NCBI GenBank assembly: GCA_965207065.1
Contig: OZ242260.1
Location: 96,001-160,000 of the forward strand
Length of the DNA stretch: 64,000 nucleotides
DNA from: a bacterium
Lineage (GTDB): Bacteria; UBA8248
Reading direction: 5' to 3'
The notes under the pieces were generated by a model. It was not told the origin of the DNA. It did no database searches and worked only from the letters and a program-made list of their open reading frames with translations. A program made the position numbers and the translations under genes. How positions within the stretch are numbered: the first letter of the stretch is position 1; each line of letters opens with the position of its first letter. Of the stretch, positions 31,343 through 41,143 are shown piece by piece.

Positions 31343-32034
31343 GGGAGGGGTGAAGGGCGGGAGTGATTGTTTTCTCTCTACTCGGTCGACAAATTCACAA
31401 ATCCTCGCTCGGGTTCAACCCCCCCTACCCCCCCCTTAACAGGAACAGCAACCCCCCCCCACCCCCCCCTTAACAGGAACAGCAACCCCCCCTACCCCCC
31501 CTTAACAGGGGGGCAAGAAAAAACAAATCCCTTTCTCCCTGGCAGGGGACATCGCCTTTTTATACCCCCCTGTTAAGGGGGGGTAGGGGGGGTTGGTTTA
31601 TGGGGTTTCCCCTTAAAGGGGGGGTTGGTTTTCAGGTCGAGAGGGGCGTCTCCTCTATCCCGAAAAAGTCATCATTTCGTGATTCGGCGTATGGAGTCGA
31701 CCGGGGAGGGAACGGTAGGGACAGGCACAGGGGCCTGTCCGCTACAATGAAACGGCAAGGGCTTTTTCAACAACCCCTACTCGCTTGGATTTGAACTGCC
31801 CGGTCGCGTCAAACCCTCCCGCATTGGTCGGGTTTGACCTCCCGCATTGGTCGGGTCAAAAGCAACCCCCCCTACCCCCCTTGTCAGGGGGGTAAAAAAA
31901 AGCAAAGCTCCCCCGACAGGGGGAATAAAAAAAAGACCCCCCTGTTAAGGGGGGGGAGGGGGGGTTGCTTTTAGGGGGTTTCCCCTCAAGGGGGGGTTGG
32001 TCTTTAACAGGGTTGGTTCTGAAAAGGGGGCGAT

Positions 32035-32424
32035 TTGTTGAGAAAGAGCGGCCCAGGGGACCACGTTCCATACGACGAAGCGCTGACCGAAAAGGCGCGG
32101 GAAAACCGCAGGCGCCCCACGCCGGCGGAGAATAAGCTGTGGTTCGAAGTACTGCGGGATAGGCGCCTGTCCGGGTTGAAGTTCACCCGCCAAAAGCCGC
32201 TGGACCATTACATCGTCGACTACTACTGCGCCGAACTGATGCTGGCGATCGAGATCGACGGCGACAGCCACGACGGGAGCAGGCGATACGATGAAGCCAG
32301 GACGCGCAGGCTGAACGCGCTCGGCGTCGAGGTCGTCCGGTACGCCAACGCCGAGGTCATGAGTAACGTCGAAGGGGTGTACGTCGATTTGCAAAAACGT
32401 GTTTCGGATATGCGAACCCCCTGA
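32035..32424 (+). CDS. DUF559 (Vsr-like PD-(D/E)XK) endonuclease domain protein
   Basis: ARENRRRPTPAENKLW..LR, FTRQKPLDHYIVDYYC, IEIDGDSH, YDEARTRRL..GVEVVRY.N. Confidence 0.9.
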   Translation: MLRKSGPGDHVPYDEALTEKARENRRRPTPAENKLWFEVLRDRRLSGLKFTRQKPLDHYIVDYYCAELMLAIEIDGDSHDGSRRYDEARTRRLNALGVEVVRYANAEVMSNVEGVYVDLQKRVSDMRTP

Positions 32425-33093
32425 ATCGGCTTGGCCGCGCTTGCTTCCTGCATGAACAGCAACCCCCCCTACCCCCCCTTAACAGGGGGGTAAAAAGAAG
32501 CAAATCCCCCTCTACCAAGCGGGGGCGCATCCGGCGGGGGCACTCGCCTTTTTATACCCCCCTGACAAGGGGGGGTAGGGGGGGTTGCTGTTATGGGGTT
32601 TCCCCTTAAAGTGGTCAAATCCTCGCTTCTCGCTCGGAATTAACCACTGCCGTCATTCCGGTGTCGGAGCCGACCAATGCGGGAGGGTTCGACGGAATCC
32701 AGAGCCGATGTGTATGGAGTTACGGCTGCGTTTCGTTCTGGCACAATGATGCGGAAATAAAGCGTGAAAACAAAAAGACGAAAAACCCTTGGATTTCGGC
32801 ATTCATCAATCGCGTTTGAGCTCGCTCCTCGGTCGCCCTGACTCGGATCAAAAGCTGCAAACGCTCGTTCCTCACTCGCGTTTGACCCCTTGTCAGGGGG
32901 GTATGAAAAGGCGACGCCTCGCGACAGGAAAGGCAACCCCCCCTACCCCCCCTTGTCAGGGGGGTAAAAAGAAACAAAACCCCCTCTACCAAGCGGGTGC
33001 GCATCCCGGCGTGGAGACATCGCCTTTTTATACCCCCCTGACAAGGGGGGGTAGGGGGGGTTGGTTTATGGGGTTTCCCCTTAAAGGGGGGGG

Positions 33094-33312
33094 TTGCTGC
33101 CCCGAAGGGGACTTTATCGACACGCCCTCACCGCCTATGGCCTCTACATCGTGCGCCAGGCCGCGCGCCACCGCGACGCCCGGCACCGGGAAACCATGAC
33201 GGCGCTCGAGAACCGGCATCGCGAATCCATGGCGGTGCTGAAGGCTGAGCGCGAGTCGCTCCGGGAACTCATCCGCCGCACGTCCGCGCCGCCCGCCGCG
33301 AAGGATTCGTAG
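33094..33312 (+). pseudogene. Small coiled-coil protein fragment whose 5' end is replaced by a repeat
   Basis: AYGLYIVRQAARHRDARHRETMTALE..HRESM..L..LIRRT; the ORF start lies inside a repeat unit. Confidence 0.35.
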
Positions 33313-33566
33313 CCGGGCCGCGCTTCAAAAGCAACCCCCCCTACCCCCCCTTGTCAGGGGGGCAAGAAAAAACAAACCCCCTCTGCCCGGCGGTGCGCAT
33401 TTGCCCGCATCTGGCGTCATGGCGGGGGCTTCGGGGCGTGGCAGGATCTCCGTGCGATAAGGTGGGCCGTCCGTTCGCAAAAAATGGCGAATTTCCGTAA
33501 ATATCGATAAATTCGGATAAATACCCATAATTTAACGGAGGGGCAAATAGCTGATAATAAAGGGGT

Positions 33567-35204
33567 TCAGGCGTTTTCCGGCGCAATCGAGCCGACCGGA
33601 AGGGAAGCGGCCGAAAAGGCGTCTCCCTCTTTTTTCACGAAAACGTTCACCCGCCAGCGCGCGTCGTCAGGCTCCGGATAATCGGTGCGGTAGTGCGCGC
33701 CCCGGCTCTCGGTGCGGGCGAGGGCGGCCTCGGCCACCGCCTGCGCGCTCAGGCACATGTTCTCGGCCTCGACGGCCTCCACGACACGGGCGGGCTCGCT
33801 CCCCCCGCACGCCGTCAGGCCCTGCCCGATGCGGCCGAGTTCCGCCCGCGCCTCCTCCAGCAGGCCGCCCTCGCGCACGATGCCGGCGTTCTCCCAGCAG
33901 ACGCGCTTGATCTCGCGGGCGAGCTCCACGGCCCGGCTGGGCCTGCCGGCGCGCGCCGTGAGGGCGTCTGCGTGGCGCCTGGCGAGCGCAGGATCCGCCG
34001 CCCCGTCCGCGCTGCGGGCGTATTCAGAGGCCGCCCTGGCCGCCCGCCAGCCCAGCGTGTGGGCCTCGGTGAAGGCGTTGTTCGAGAGGCGGTTCGCCCC
34101 GTGCGCGCCCGCGCTCGCCTCCCCCGCCGCGTAGAGGCCCGGCATGGCCGTCGCGCCCGCGCCGTCGATGGGCACGCCGCCCATGAAGAAATGGGCCTTC
34201 GGGGTGACGTATATCTCGCTGCTGTGGGGCGATACGCCGCGCCTGGCGAAGAGTTTGAGGTTGTCCGGGGCGAAGTGCTCAAGCTCGGCCATCGGGATGC
34301 CCGAGAGGTCCATCTGCACGGCGCCGTCCACCCCGCCGCCCCCCATGAGTTCGAGGTATACCGCCCGCGCCATCAGGTCGCGCGTGGCGCCGCCGCCGCC
34401 GGGCACGTCGCGCAGGATGTCCTCGCCGTCCCTGTTCAGGAAGCGCGCGCCGAGCGGGAACAGCGTGGGCGCCACCACCATGTTGCTCTCGGGCCGCTTG
34501 ATGACGGCCGGGTAGAACTGGACGAACTCCATGTCCGAGAGCGCGAGACCGGCCCTAAGCGCCATGCCGAAGGCGTCTCCCGTGATGCCGCCCGCGTTCG
34601 TGTTCTCGGCGTATATCTGCCCCGCCCCGCCCGTGGCCAGTATGGTGGCGGGGGCCGATATGGCGTAAATCCGGCCGGTTCTCGTGTGAAAGCCGACCAC
34701 CCCCCGGCAGACCCCCTCCTCCACGAGCAAATCGACCGCCATGACGTTTTCGAGAATGCGCGCGCCGTCCGCATCGAGCTTCCTGCGCAGCGGCCGCGCC
34801 ACCTCCACGCCCCAGTTCCGGACCGGGTAGACCCCGCGGTCGCGCCTGTGGCCGCCCTGGGGGTGCAGGTCGAAGGCGCCGTCCTCGCGCGTGATGAAGG
34901 GGATGCCCCAGTCGTACAGATCGCGTATCCGCGCGGCGGAATCCGCGCACATGGCGTCGGCGACATCGGGGTGATTCAGGTGATCGCCGCCCTCCAGGGT
35001 GTCTTCCAGGAACAGGGCCGCGCTGTCGTCGGGCGCGAAATTGGCCGAATGCCCCGCGCGGGCCATGACGATGTTGCCCGAGTTTCCGGGGGACTGCTTG
35101 CAGACCAGGAGCGCATCCGAACCGCTCTCCATGGCGGCGATTGTGGCCGTCATCGCGGCGGGGCCGCCGCCCAGAACTACTACGTCGCAGGAGAGGTTTT
35201 CCAT
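33567..35204 (-). CDS. FAD-dependent oxidoreductase, SdhA/FrdA/NadB flavoprotein family
   Basis: DVVVLGGGPA, ILATGGAG, DMEFVQFYP, HFFMGG, GLYAAGE, HGANRL, RTESRGAHYRTDYP. Confidence 0.9.
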   Translation of the reverse strand: MENLSCDVVVLGGGPAAMTATIAAMESGSDALLVCKQSPGNSGNIVMARAGHSANFAPDDSAALFLEDTLEGGDHLNHPDVADAMCADSAARIRDLYDWGIPFITREDGAFDLHPQGGHRRDRGVYPVRNWGVEVARPLRRKLDADGARILENVMAVDLLVEEGVCRGVVGFHTRTGRIYAISAPATILATGGAGQIYAENTNAGGITGDAFGMALRAGLALSDMEFVQFYPAVIKRPESNMVVAPTLFPLGARFLNRDGEDILRDVPGGGGATRDLMARAVYLELMGGGGVDGAVQMDLSGIPMAELEHFAPDNLKLFARRGVSPHSSEIYVTPKAHFFMGGVPIDGAGATAMPGLYAAGEASAGAHGANRLSNNAFTEAHTLGWRAARAASEYARSADGAADPALARRHADALTARAGRPSRAVELAREIKRVCWENAGIVREGGLLEEARAELGRIGQGLTACGGSEPARVVEAVEAENMCLSAQAVAEAALARTESRGAHYRTDYPEPDDARWRVNVFVKKEGDAFSAASLPVGSIAPENA

Positions 35205-35239
35205 GAGTCACCCGGGGATATCAGCGAGTTTGCGAGAAT

Positions 35240-37522
35240 TCAAGAGGTATTCTGATTCCTGGCTTCTTCTATGGCCTCGAGGACGCGCTCGGGGCTGACG
35301 GGCAGGGTGCGTATCCGCGCGCCGCCCGTCGCGTGATAGACGGCGTTGCAGATCGCCGCCGTGATCGGGTTGATGGCCACCTCGGCCAGCCCCTTCGCGC
35401 CATAGGGGCCGTAGGGGTCCATGGACTCGAAGAAATCGTGCTCTATCGGCGGGGCGTCCATCGAGGTGGCGATGAGGTAGTCGTGGAAATTCCTGCCGCG
35501 CAGATGGCCTTCCTGCGGCGCCAGCCCCTCCATCATCGCGAAGCTCATGCCCTGCACCACGCCGCCCTCGACCTGGCCCTCAGCGCCCAGCCTGTTGATC
35601 ACCCGGCCGGGGTCGTGGCCGCAGCAAACCTGCAAGACGGTGACGAGGCCCGTCTCCATGTCCACTTCCACCTCGGCGCCATGGGTGCTGAAGGAATACG
35701 TGGTCGAGGGATTCCCGTATTTTTCCTTGTCGAGCACGTCTCCCCCGGCCAGCCACTTGCCCTCGCCCTCGATCACGCTCCCCGCACGGCTGACGACCTC
35801 GCCCACCGTCATCTTCCGCTCAGGCAGCGCCTTCGCCCGGATATCTCCCTCGACGATTTCGAGCTCATCCGCCGGGATCTCCATGAATTCCGCCGCCGCG
35901 TCCAGGAGGTTCCTGCGCGCGTCTTCGGCAGCGATTTTGACGGCGTTGCCGCCAATCAGGGTGATCCGGCTCGCGAACGCCCCCATGCCGAAAGGCATGT
36001 AGCCCGTATCCGTGGGGGGGACCTTGAACCGCTCGACCGGAATACCCATGACCTCGGAGGCGATGTAGGCCATCACGCTCGTGGCCCCCTGGCCCAGGTC
36101 CGACTCGCCCGACCATATCTCGACCTTGCCCTCCTCATCCACGCGAACCACGCCGCTCGAGGGGTCGGTGTCATCGGGCCCCAATTCCACGGAAAACCCT
36201 TTATTCCCGGAAACATGGATGCAACTGGCGAGACCCACGCCGCGGCCCTCCCCGCCCCGGGCGCGCTTGGCTTTCCAGTCCATCTCCCTGACAACGTGCC
36301 TGGTGGCGTCCGCCACGGCACAACTGGCGATTTTCCAGCCGTGGAGCGAGACGTCGCCCTTTTCGGTGTAGTTCTTGAGGCGGAGATCGGCCGGGTCCAG
36401 GCCCAGGCCATCGGCCACGTTGTCGAGGTGGCTCTCCCAGGCGTATGTCGCCTGCACGTTGCCGAACCCCCGCATCTGGCCCGAGGGGATGATGTTCGTG
36501 TAGACGAGCTTGCCCTGAATCTCGGCGGCGGGCGTCTTGTAGAGATTATCCGTCCTGAGGGCTATCGAACTCATGATGGCCGGCGAGAGCGAGCTGTAGG
36601 CCCCGTTTTCCGCCACGATCCTGACGCGCTTGCCCGCGAGGGTGCCGTCACGCTTCCAGGCGGACTCCAGGGAGATGTGCACCGGCATCCTGGGGCGCAT
36701 GGCGATCATGTCTTCTTCCAGGCTCATCATGAACTTGACCGGCTTTTCCGCCGCCCGGCTCAGCATCGCCGCCATGAGGGCCGCTTTCACGTCGAGCTTG
36801 CCGCCGAAGGCGCCGCCCGGCTTGGTCTGCGTCACGCGGAAATCATCGGGGGAAATGCCCATGACGGGCCCCAGCATGAAGGTGCGAATCAAAAAAACCG
36901 ACTGCAGACAGCCCCAGACGGAAATTTTCCCGTCAGGATGCCACTGCGCCGCGCAACCCGTGGGTTCGATATAAGCCTGGTGCGCGAGATGGGTGTGAAA
37001 TTCATCGGCAAAAGTAGCGTCCGCCGCATGAAACGCCTCGTCTATCCCGACGCGCTTGATGTGAAACTCGTTCGCGATGTTGCCGGCGACGGAATCGTGG
37101 ACGAGAGGCGCATCCGGCTCCTGCGCCATGAAAGTATCCGCGACCGTGGGCAGAACCTCATATTCGACGCGGATGAGCGAAAGCGCCTCACGGGCCGTTT
37201 CTTCATCAACGGCCGCCACGGCGGCTACTTCATCTCCCACGTAACGCACTTTTTCGCGGCAAAACGCGGCTTCATCCTTGTGATTGATGCCGAAGGGCGC
37301 ATCCGGCGTGTTGTTTTTCGACAGAACGACGGCGACGCCCGGCAGACGCTCGGCGTACGTAGTGTCGAGATTCAATAACCGGGCATGCGGATGGGGGCTC
37401 CTGAGCGCCATGCCCGTGAGCGCGCCCGGAAGCTCCAGATCGTTGATGAACACCGTGGCGCCCGAGACTTTCTCCACGGCATCGATGATGGGATGCGGCT
37501 GGCCGACGACGCGCGTGCTCAT
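35240..37522 (-). CDS. Xanthine dehydrogenase family Mo-hydroxylase, large subunit
   Basis: RSPHPHA, GGAFGGK, MRGFG, GQG, SR.T, QVEGGVVQG, GPYGAKGLAE. Confidence 0.92.
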   Translation of the reverse strand: MSTRVVGQPHPIIDAVEKVSGATVFINDLELPGALTGMALRSPHPHARLLNLDTTYAERLPGVAVVLSKNNTPDAPFGINHKDEAAFCREKVRYVGDEVAAVAAVDEETAREALSLIRVEYEVLPTVADTFMAQEPDAPLVHDSVAGNIANEFHIKRVGIDEAFHAADATFADEFHTHLAHQAYIEPTGCAAQWHPDGKISVWGCLQSVFLIRTFMLGPVMGISPDDFRVTQTKPGGAFGGKLDVKAALMAAMLSRAAEKPVKFMMSLEEDMIAMRPRMPVHISLESAWKRDGTLAGKRVRIVAENGAYSSLSPAIMSSIALRTDNLYKTPAAEIQGKLVYTNIIPSGQMRGFGNVQATYAWESHLDNVADGLGLDPADLRLKNYTEKGDVSLHGWKIASCAVADATRHVVREMDWKAKRARGGEGRGVGLASCIHVSGNKGFSVELGPDDTDPSSGVVRVDEEGKVEIWSGESDLGQGATSVMAYIASEVMGIPVERFKVPPTDTGYMPFGMGAFASRITLIGGNAVKIAAEDARRNLLDAAAEFMEIPADELEIVEGDIRAKALPERKMTVGEVVSRAGSVIEGEGKWLAGGDVLDKEKYGNPSTTYSFSTHGAEVEVDMETGLVTVLQVCCGHDPGRVINRLGAEGQVEGGVVQGMSFAMMEGLAPQEGHLRGRNFHDYLIATSMDAPPIEHDFFESMDPYGPYGAKGLAEVAINPITAAICNAVYHATGGARIRTLPVSPERVLEAIEEARNQNTS

Positions 37523-38001
37523 GAGTCGTCTCCTTCATTCATCTGCCGGGCAGCGGCCGATACCGCCTCGAAAATCTTTTTGTAACCCGTGCAGCGGCAA
37601 AGATTTCCGGCGAGGCCGCGCTGTATATCTTCGCGCGAGGGCGCAGCGTTCTCATCCAACAGCGCCTTCGCCGATACCACTACTCCCGGCGTGCAGAAGC
37701 CGCACTGCACGCCTCCTTTTTCGATGAGCTGCTCCTGAACCGGATGGAGATCGTCTTCCGTTCCGACCCCGCGCACGGTGGTGACTTCGGAGCCATCCGC
37801 CTGAGCGGCGAACATGAGACAGGCGTTCACGGCCACGCCGTCTAGCAGAATGGCGCACGCGCCGCAATCGCCCCCCTCGCAACTGAGTTTCACCTCGACA
37901 TAGCCGATTCGCCTGAGCGCGCGCAGGAGCGTCTCATCCCCCCGCACTTCGAGGGTTTCGTCCTTCCCGTTCACACGCATATTGATCTCGTATGTATTCA
38001 T
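37519..38001 (-). CDS. Mo-hydroxylase 2x[2Fe-2S] small subunit
   Basis: CEGGDCGAC...C, QCGFCTPG, GNLCRCTGY. Confidence 0.93.
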   Translation of the reverse strand: MNTYEINMRVNGKDETLEVRGDETLLRALRRIGYVEVKLSCEGGDCGACAILLDGVAVNACLMFAAQADGSEVTTVRGVGTEDDLHPVQEQLIEKGGVQCGFCTPGVVVSAKALLDENAAPSREDIQRGLAGNLCRCTGYKKIFEAVSAAARQMNEGDDS

Positions 38002-38031
38002 CGTCTTCTCAAGCAAAATATTAAATTCTCA

Positions 38032-38886
38032 TCACACGACCACAGCTTCAGGCATTCCCATCGCTTTCCTCAACATGCGGCGGACCAGTACGCCGCACAT
38101 TTTCCGGCGGTACGACGCACTCGCCCGCACGTCGTCAATCGGCTGTGCGCTATCCGCTGCGGCGGCTGCCGCCGACTCGATTTCCGCTTCCCCGATTTCC
38201 TTGCCGCGTAGATGCGCCTCCGCGTCGTGCGCACGATACGGGATCGCGGCCACCGCTCCCAGACCGATAGCGGCCTCCGCGCAAACGCCTCCATTCATCC
38301 GGAGAACGACCGCCACACCCACGACGGCGATGGCCATCGCGCGCCTGAGCTGGAGTTTGTAATATGCGCTACGATCCTCCGCCCCCAGCGGATCAATGAC
38401 GATGGCTGTCACGAGTTCTTCCGGACGCACAGCCGTTTTTCGGTAATCCAGAAAAAATTCCGAAAGCGGCAAGGCGCGCTCGCCCTCCACCGAAACCAAT
38501 TCGACGATGGCATCCTGCACCAGCAGAGGTGGAGCCAAATCGGCGGCGGGCGAGGCATCCATAAGGTTGCCCGCTACGCTCGCGCGGTTTCTCACCAAAG
38601 GACCCGCGAACTCAAGAGCGCTCTCATGCAAAGGCGAGGCTGCTGTGCAAATCAAGTCAGAATCCAGCAAATCCGTGACCGTCGCCAGCGCACCGATTCT
38701 GATTTTTCCGTCCGCCTCTTTGATGTAGCGAAGCTCATCCAGGCGGCTGATGTCCACCGCGCGCGCAATTTTCTTGCGCCCGAAGAGCACGTCCGGCACG
38801 AGGTTCGTGCCGCCCGCCACGAATGCGGCGCCATCGCGCGCAGCCGCCAATGCCTCATCCACCGATGCAGCGCGTAAAAATTCCAT
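38032..38886 (-). CDS. Mo-hydroxylase FAD-binding medium subunit
   Basis: VAGGTNL, IGALAT, RNRASVAGNL..ASPAAD, PIDDVRASASYR. Confidence 0.92.
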   Translation of the reverse strand: MEFLRAASVDEALAAARDGAAFVAGGTNLVPDVLFGRKKIARAVDISRLDELRYIKEADGKIRIGALATVTDLLDSDLICTAASPLHESALEFAGPLVRNRASVAGNLMDASPAADLAPPLLVQDAIVELVSVEGERALPLSEFFLDYRKTAVRPEELVTAIVIDPLGAEDRSAYYKLQLRRAMAIAVVGVAVVLRMNGGVCAEAAIGLGAVAAIPYRAHDAEAHLRGKEIGEAEIESAAAAAADSAQPIDDVRASASYRRKMCGVLVRRMLRKAMGMPEAVVV

Positions 38887-38961
38887 GTCCTGCCCTACCC
38901 TAGAAATTCCGTTTCGTCATATGCCGCGCCCACCATGCGCTCATTCAAAGCGCATCAAGAG

Positions 38962-39759
38962 TCACGGCCTGATGTCGGACTCAATCTGCATCCCCGTCGC
39001 CAGGGAGTTGAAGCTGTTGTAGTGGTCCACCACCCCGAGAATTTCGAGGATTCGCCCCGGACTCCAGCCCAGTTTCACCAGATAAGTATGAAAATACCGT
39101 ATGAAATACCTGGACCCGTTCGTGGCGCTCACGCCGTAGCCCACGGCCGCTTTGGCCCCTTTTTCGAGAACGCCTCCATCGAGCATGAGCTTGTGTTTGT
39201 TCCACGTGGATTCGAAATAATGCCGGTTCCGCGCCAGGCAGCGCCAATAGCGCGGAACACCGTCTACACCCAGACGCGCCGATTCGACCTCCGCCACCTC
39301 GTGCATCAGCTCCTGAACGACAGGTGTGATCTCCAGTTCATCTGGATAAGGCAGAAGGGGAGGCGTATCCTCATCCTCCAGCAACAGACCGAAAGCGACC
39401 TTGTTCATCCCCGATACATGATCCGTCAGCCCGATCAATTCCGTGATGCCCACCTCATCAACCCCCATCCGCATGACCGCGGCGATGTGAGAGTCGATTC
39501 AGTAATCACACGCATTGACGATGGAAACCGCCGAGGCGACCATCTCCTTGACCAGAGGCGGCACGTCTCCACGCTGCATCGTGGCGCGCGAACGCTCCCA
39601 ATTGGCCTTCATGTATTCGGGATGATGGGTCATGGAGCGCCAGATGTTCGAGAGCGTATCGATGCCGAACACGCGCTTCTCGCGCGTCTTGACGCGCTCG
39701 ACAAGCTCGCGAGCCGCCTTGGGCACCTCGTTGTCGGCCAACTGGTGAATCGTCGGCAT
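38962..39759 (-). CDS. AhpD/carboxymuconolactone decarboxylase-like two-domain protein, probable selenoprotein (CxxU)
   Basis: ORFs 39499-39759 and 38962-39474 are in frame across TGA 39499-39501: KEMVASAVSIVNAC-D-Y-U-IDSH; SECIS-like hairpin follows directly. Confidence 0.82.
39457..39498 (-). promoter_or_regulatory. Bacterial SECIS-like hairpin
   Basis: AUCGACUCU-CA-CAUC-GC-CGC[GGUCAU]GCG-GAUG-GGGGUUGAU; G-initiated apical loop 20 nt after the UGA. Confidence 0.7.
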
Positions 39760-39781
39760 CAAAACCCTCAAAACGCCAGAC

Positions 39782-39815
39782 CAGGAGCGCCGCCTCAACC
39801 AAGGCGGCGCTCCTG
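39782..39815. other. Intergenic hairpin after the substrate-binding protein gene
   Basis: CAGGAGCGCCGCCT-CAACCA-AGGCGGCGCTCCTG, 14-bp stem. Confidence 0.6.
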
Positions 39816-39837
39816 TACCCGGCCTGAAAACTATAAA

Positions 39838-41046
39838 CTATCTCGGATACCTGAACTTCGCGTTCGCCACGCTCTTCGGTCCCACCGTCTTGCGTTTTCC
39901 GTCCTGCACCTGGAACAAAACGATGGCGCTGGCCGCGTTCATGTTGAGCTTGTCGAACTTCACGGGGCCGAAGAAAGTTTTCAAGTTGGTATTCGCAATG
40001 GCGTCGCGAACTTTTTTCTTATCCAGCGTGCCCGCCGCCTCGATGGCCTTCTGGGCGACGATGCCCGCAGCCGTCGACGCCGCAGCGACGTAGTCCGGCT
40101 CCTGCTTGAACTTGGCGCGCCAGATTTTCCCGAAATCCCGCGCCGAGCCGATGAAACTGCCCTTGTAATCGAGCGCCTCGCCCCACCAGGCGGCGGTCAG
40201 GATGTTGTTGGCCGCGCCCTTGAGCGAATCCGTGAACTGTGCGTAGACCGGACCGACCATGGTGAACAGGATTTTGGGCTTCACTCCCAACTCGTTCGCC
40301 TGCTTGGTGGCGAGGAGGGTGTCGGGAAGATAGCCGGCTACCATGAGCACGTCGGGATTCTTGCCCTTCACGATCGTGAGCCAGGTGGACATGTCCTTGG
40401 AATCTTTCGGGAATTCAGCGTAATAGACATCCGTGAAACCCTGCTTTTTCGCCGCTTTTCTGATCATCCTCGTGACGGCGCGCGGGAAGAAGTCGTTGCG
40501 CGTCACGAACGCTATGGTCTTCGGCATCGGCTTTTGCTCTTTCAAGAGCGCAAGGAAATTGTTCGGCAAATACGCATTCGGCGCCAGAAGGCCGAAGAGG
40601 TATTTGTAGCCCTGATCGAAAATAGGCTCGGAACTCGCCACGGGCGCGATGAGAGGAACCTGATAACGCTCCGTAATCGCGGCGACTGATTTCGTCGCTC
40701 CGCTCCCGAACGGGCCCAGCAGAAGGTCCACCTTTTCCTTGGTGATGAGCCGCTCGGCGAGTTTGGTGGCCGTCGGCGTCTTGCTCTCGTAGTCATAGTA
40801 GACGATCTTCACTTTCATCTTCTTGCCGCCTACGTTGATGCCGCCCGCCTTGTTCACGCGCTCTCGCCAGATTTCATAACCCGCCTGCTGCTTTTTCCCC
40901 TCGGTGGCGAGCGGGCCCGTAAGTGGCAATGCAGCGCCGAACTTGACCTCCGCCGCCTGGGCGCCGCTTAGACCCTGTAGGCCCGTCACGCCGAAGGTGA
41001 CAAACAAGACAGTTGCGATGAGAAACAACAAATTCCGCCTTCTCAT
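39838..41046 (-). CDS. Liv-type ABC transporter substrate-binding protein
   Basis: Signal peptide; GAALPLTG, VNKAGGI, LLGPFGSG, TFFGPVKFD. Confidence 0.9.
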   Translation of the reverse strand: MRRRNLLFLIATVLFVTFGVTGLQGLSGAQAAEVKFGAALPLTGPLATEGKKQQAGYEIWRERVNKAGGINVGGKKMKVKIVYYDYESKTPTATKLAERLITKEKVDLLLGPFGSGATKSVAAITERYQVPLIAPVASSEPIFDQGYKYLFGLLAPNAYLPNNFLALLKEQKPMPKTIAFVTRNDFFPRAVTRMIRKAAKKQGFTDVYYAEFPKDSKDMSTWLTIVKGKNPDVLMVAGYLPDTLLATKQANELGVKPKILFTMVGPVYAQFTDSLKGAANNILTAAWWGEALDYKGSFIGSARDFGKIWRAKFKQEPDYVAAASTAAGIVAQKAIEAAGTLDKKKVRDAIANTNLKTFFGPVKFDKLNMNAASAIVLFQVQDGKRKTVGPKSVANAKFRYPR

Positions 41047-41143
41047 GATTCGCCTCCTCATTAAGTGAATGCTACCTCTTGCGTTCTCAAGTTCTCCACG
41101 ATTTTCATGCATTTTGATTCCAGGCAGAGTATATGAAAAGAAG

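Larger units (their letters stand above)
30019..33362. repeat. Field of C/G-run palindromic repeats (core GCAACCCCCCTACCCCCCTT[GTC/AAC]AGGGGGG), mostly as inverted doublets
   Basis: Units at about 30019, 31417-31628, 31859-31998, 32455-32610, 32931-33095 and 33326. Confidence 0.85.

Noticed and set aside
31417-33362. Repeat field as a CRISPR array
   Set aside because: Units are inverted doublets with irregular, mutually similar spacers, and there are no cas genes
35240-38886. 4-hydroxybenzoyl-CoA reductase (hcrCAB) or aerobic CO dehydrogenase
   Set aside because: The medium subunit (284 aa) lacks the Cys-rich 4Fe-4S insert of HcrB, and the large subunit lacks the AYxCSFR motif of form I CoxL; left as a generic Mo-hydroxylase
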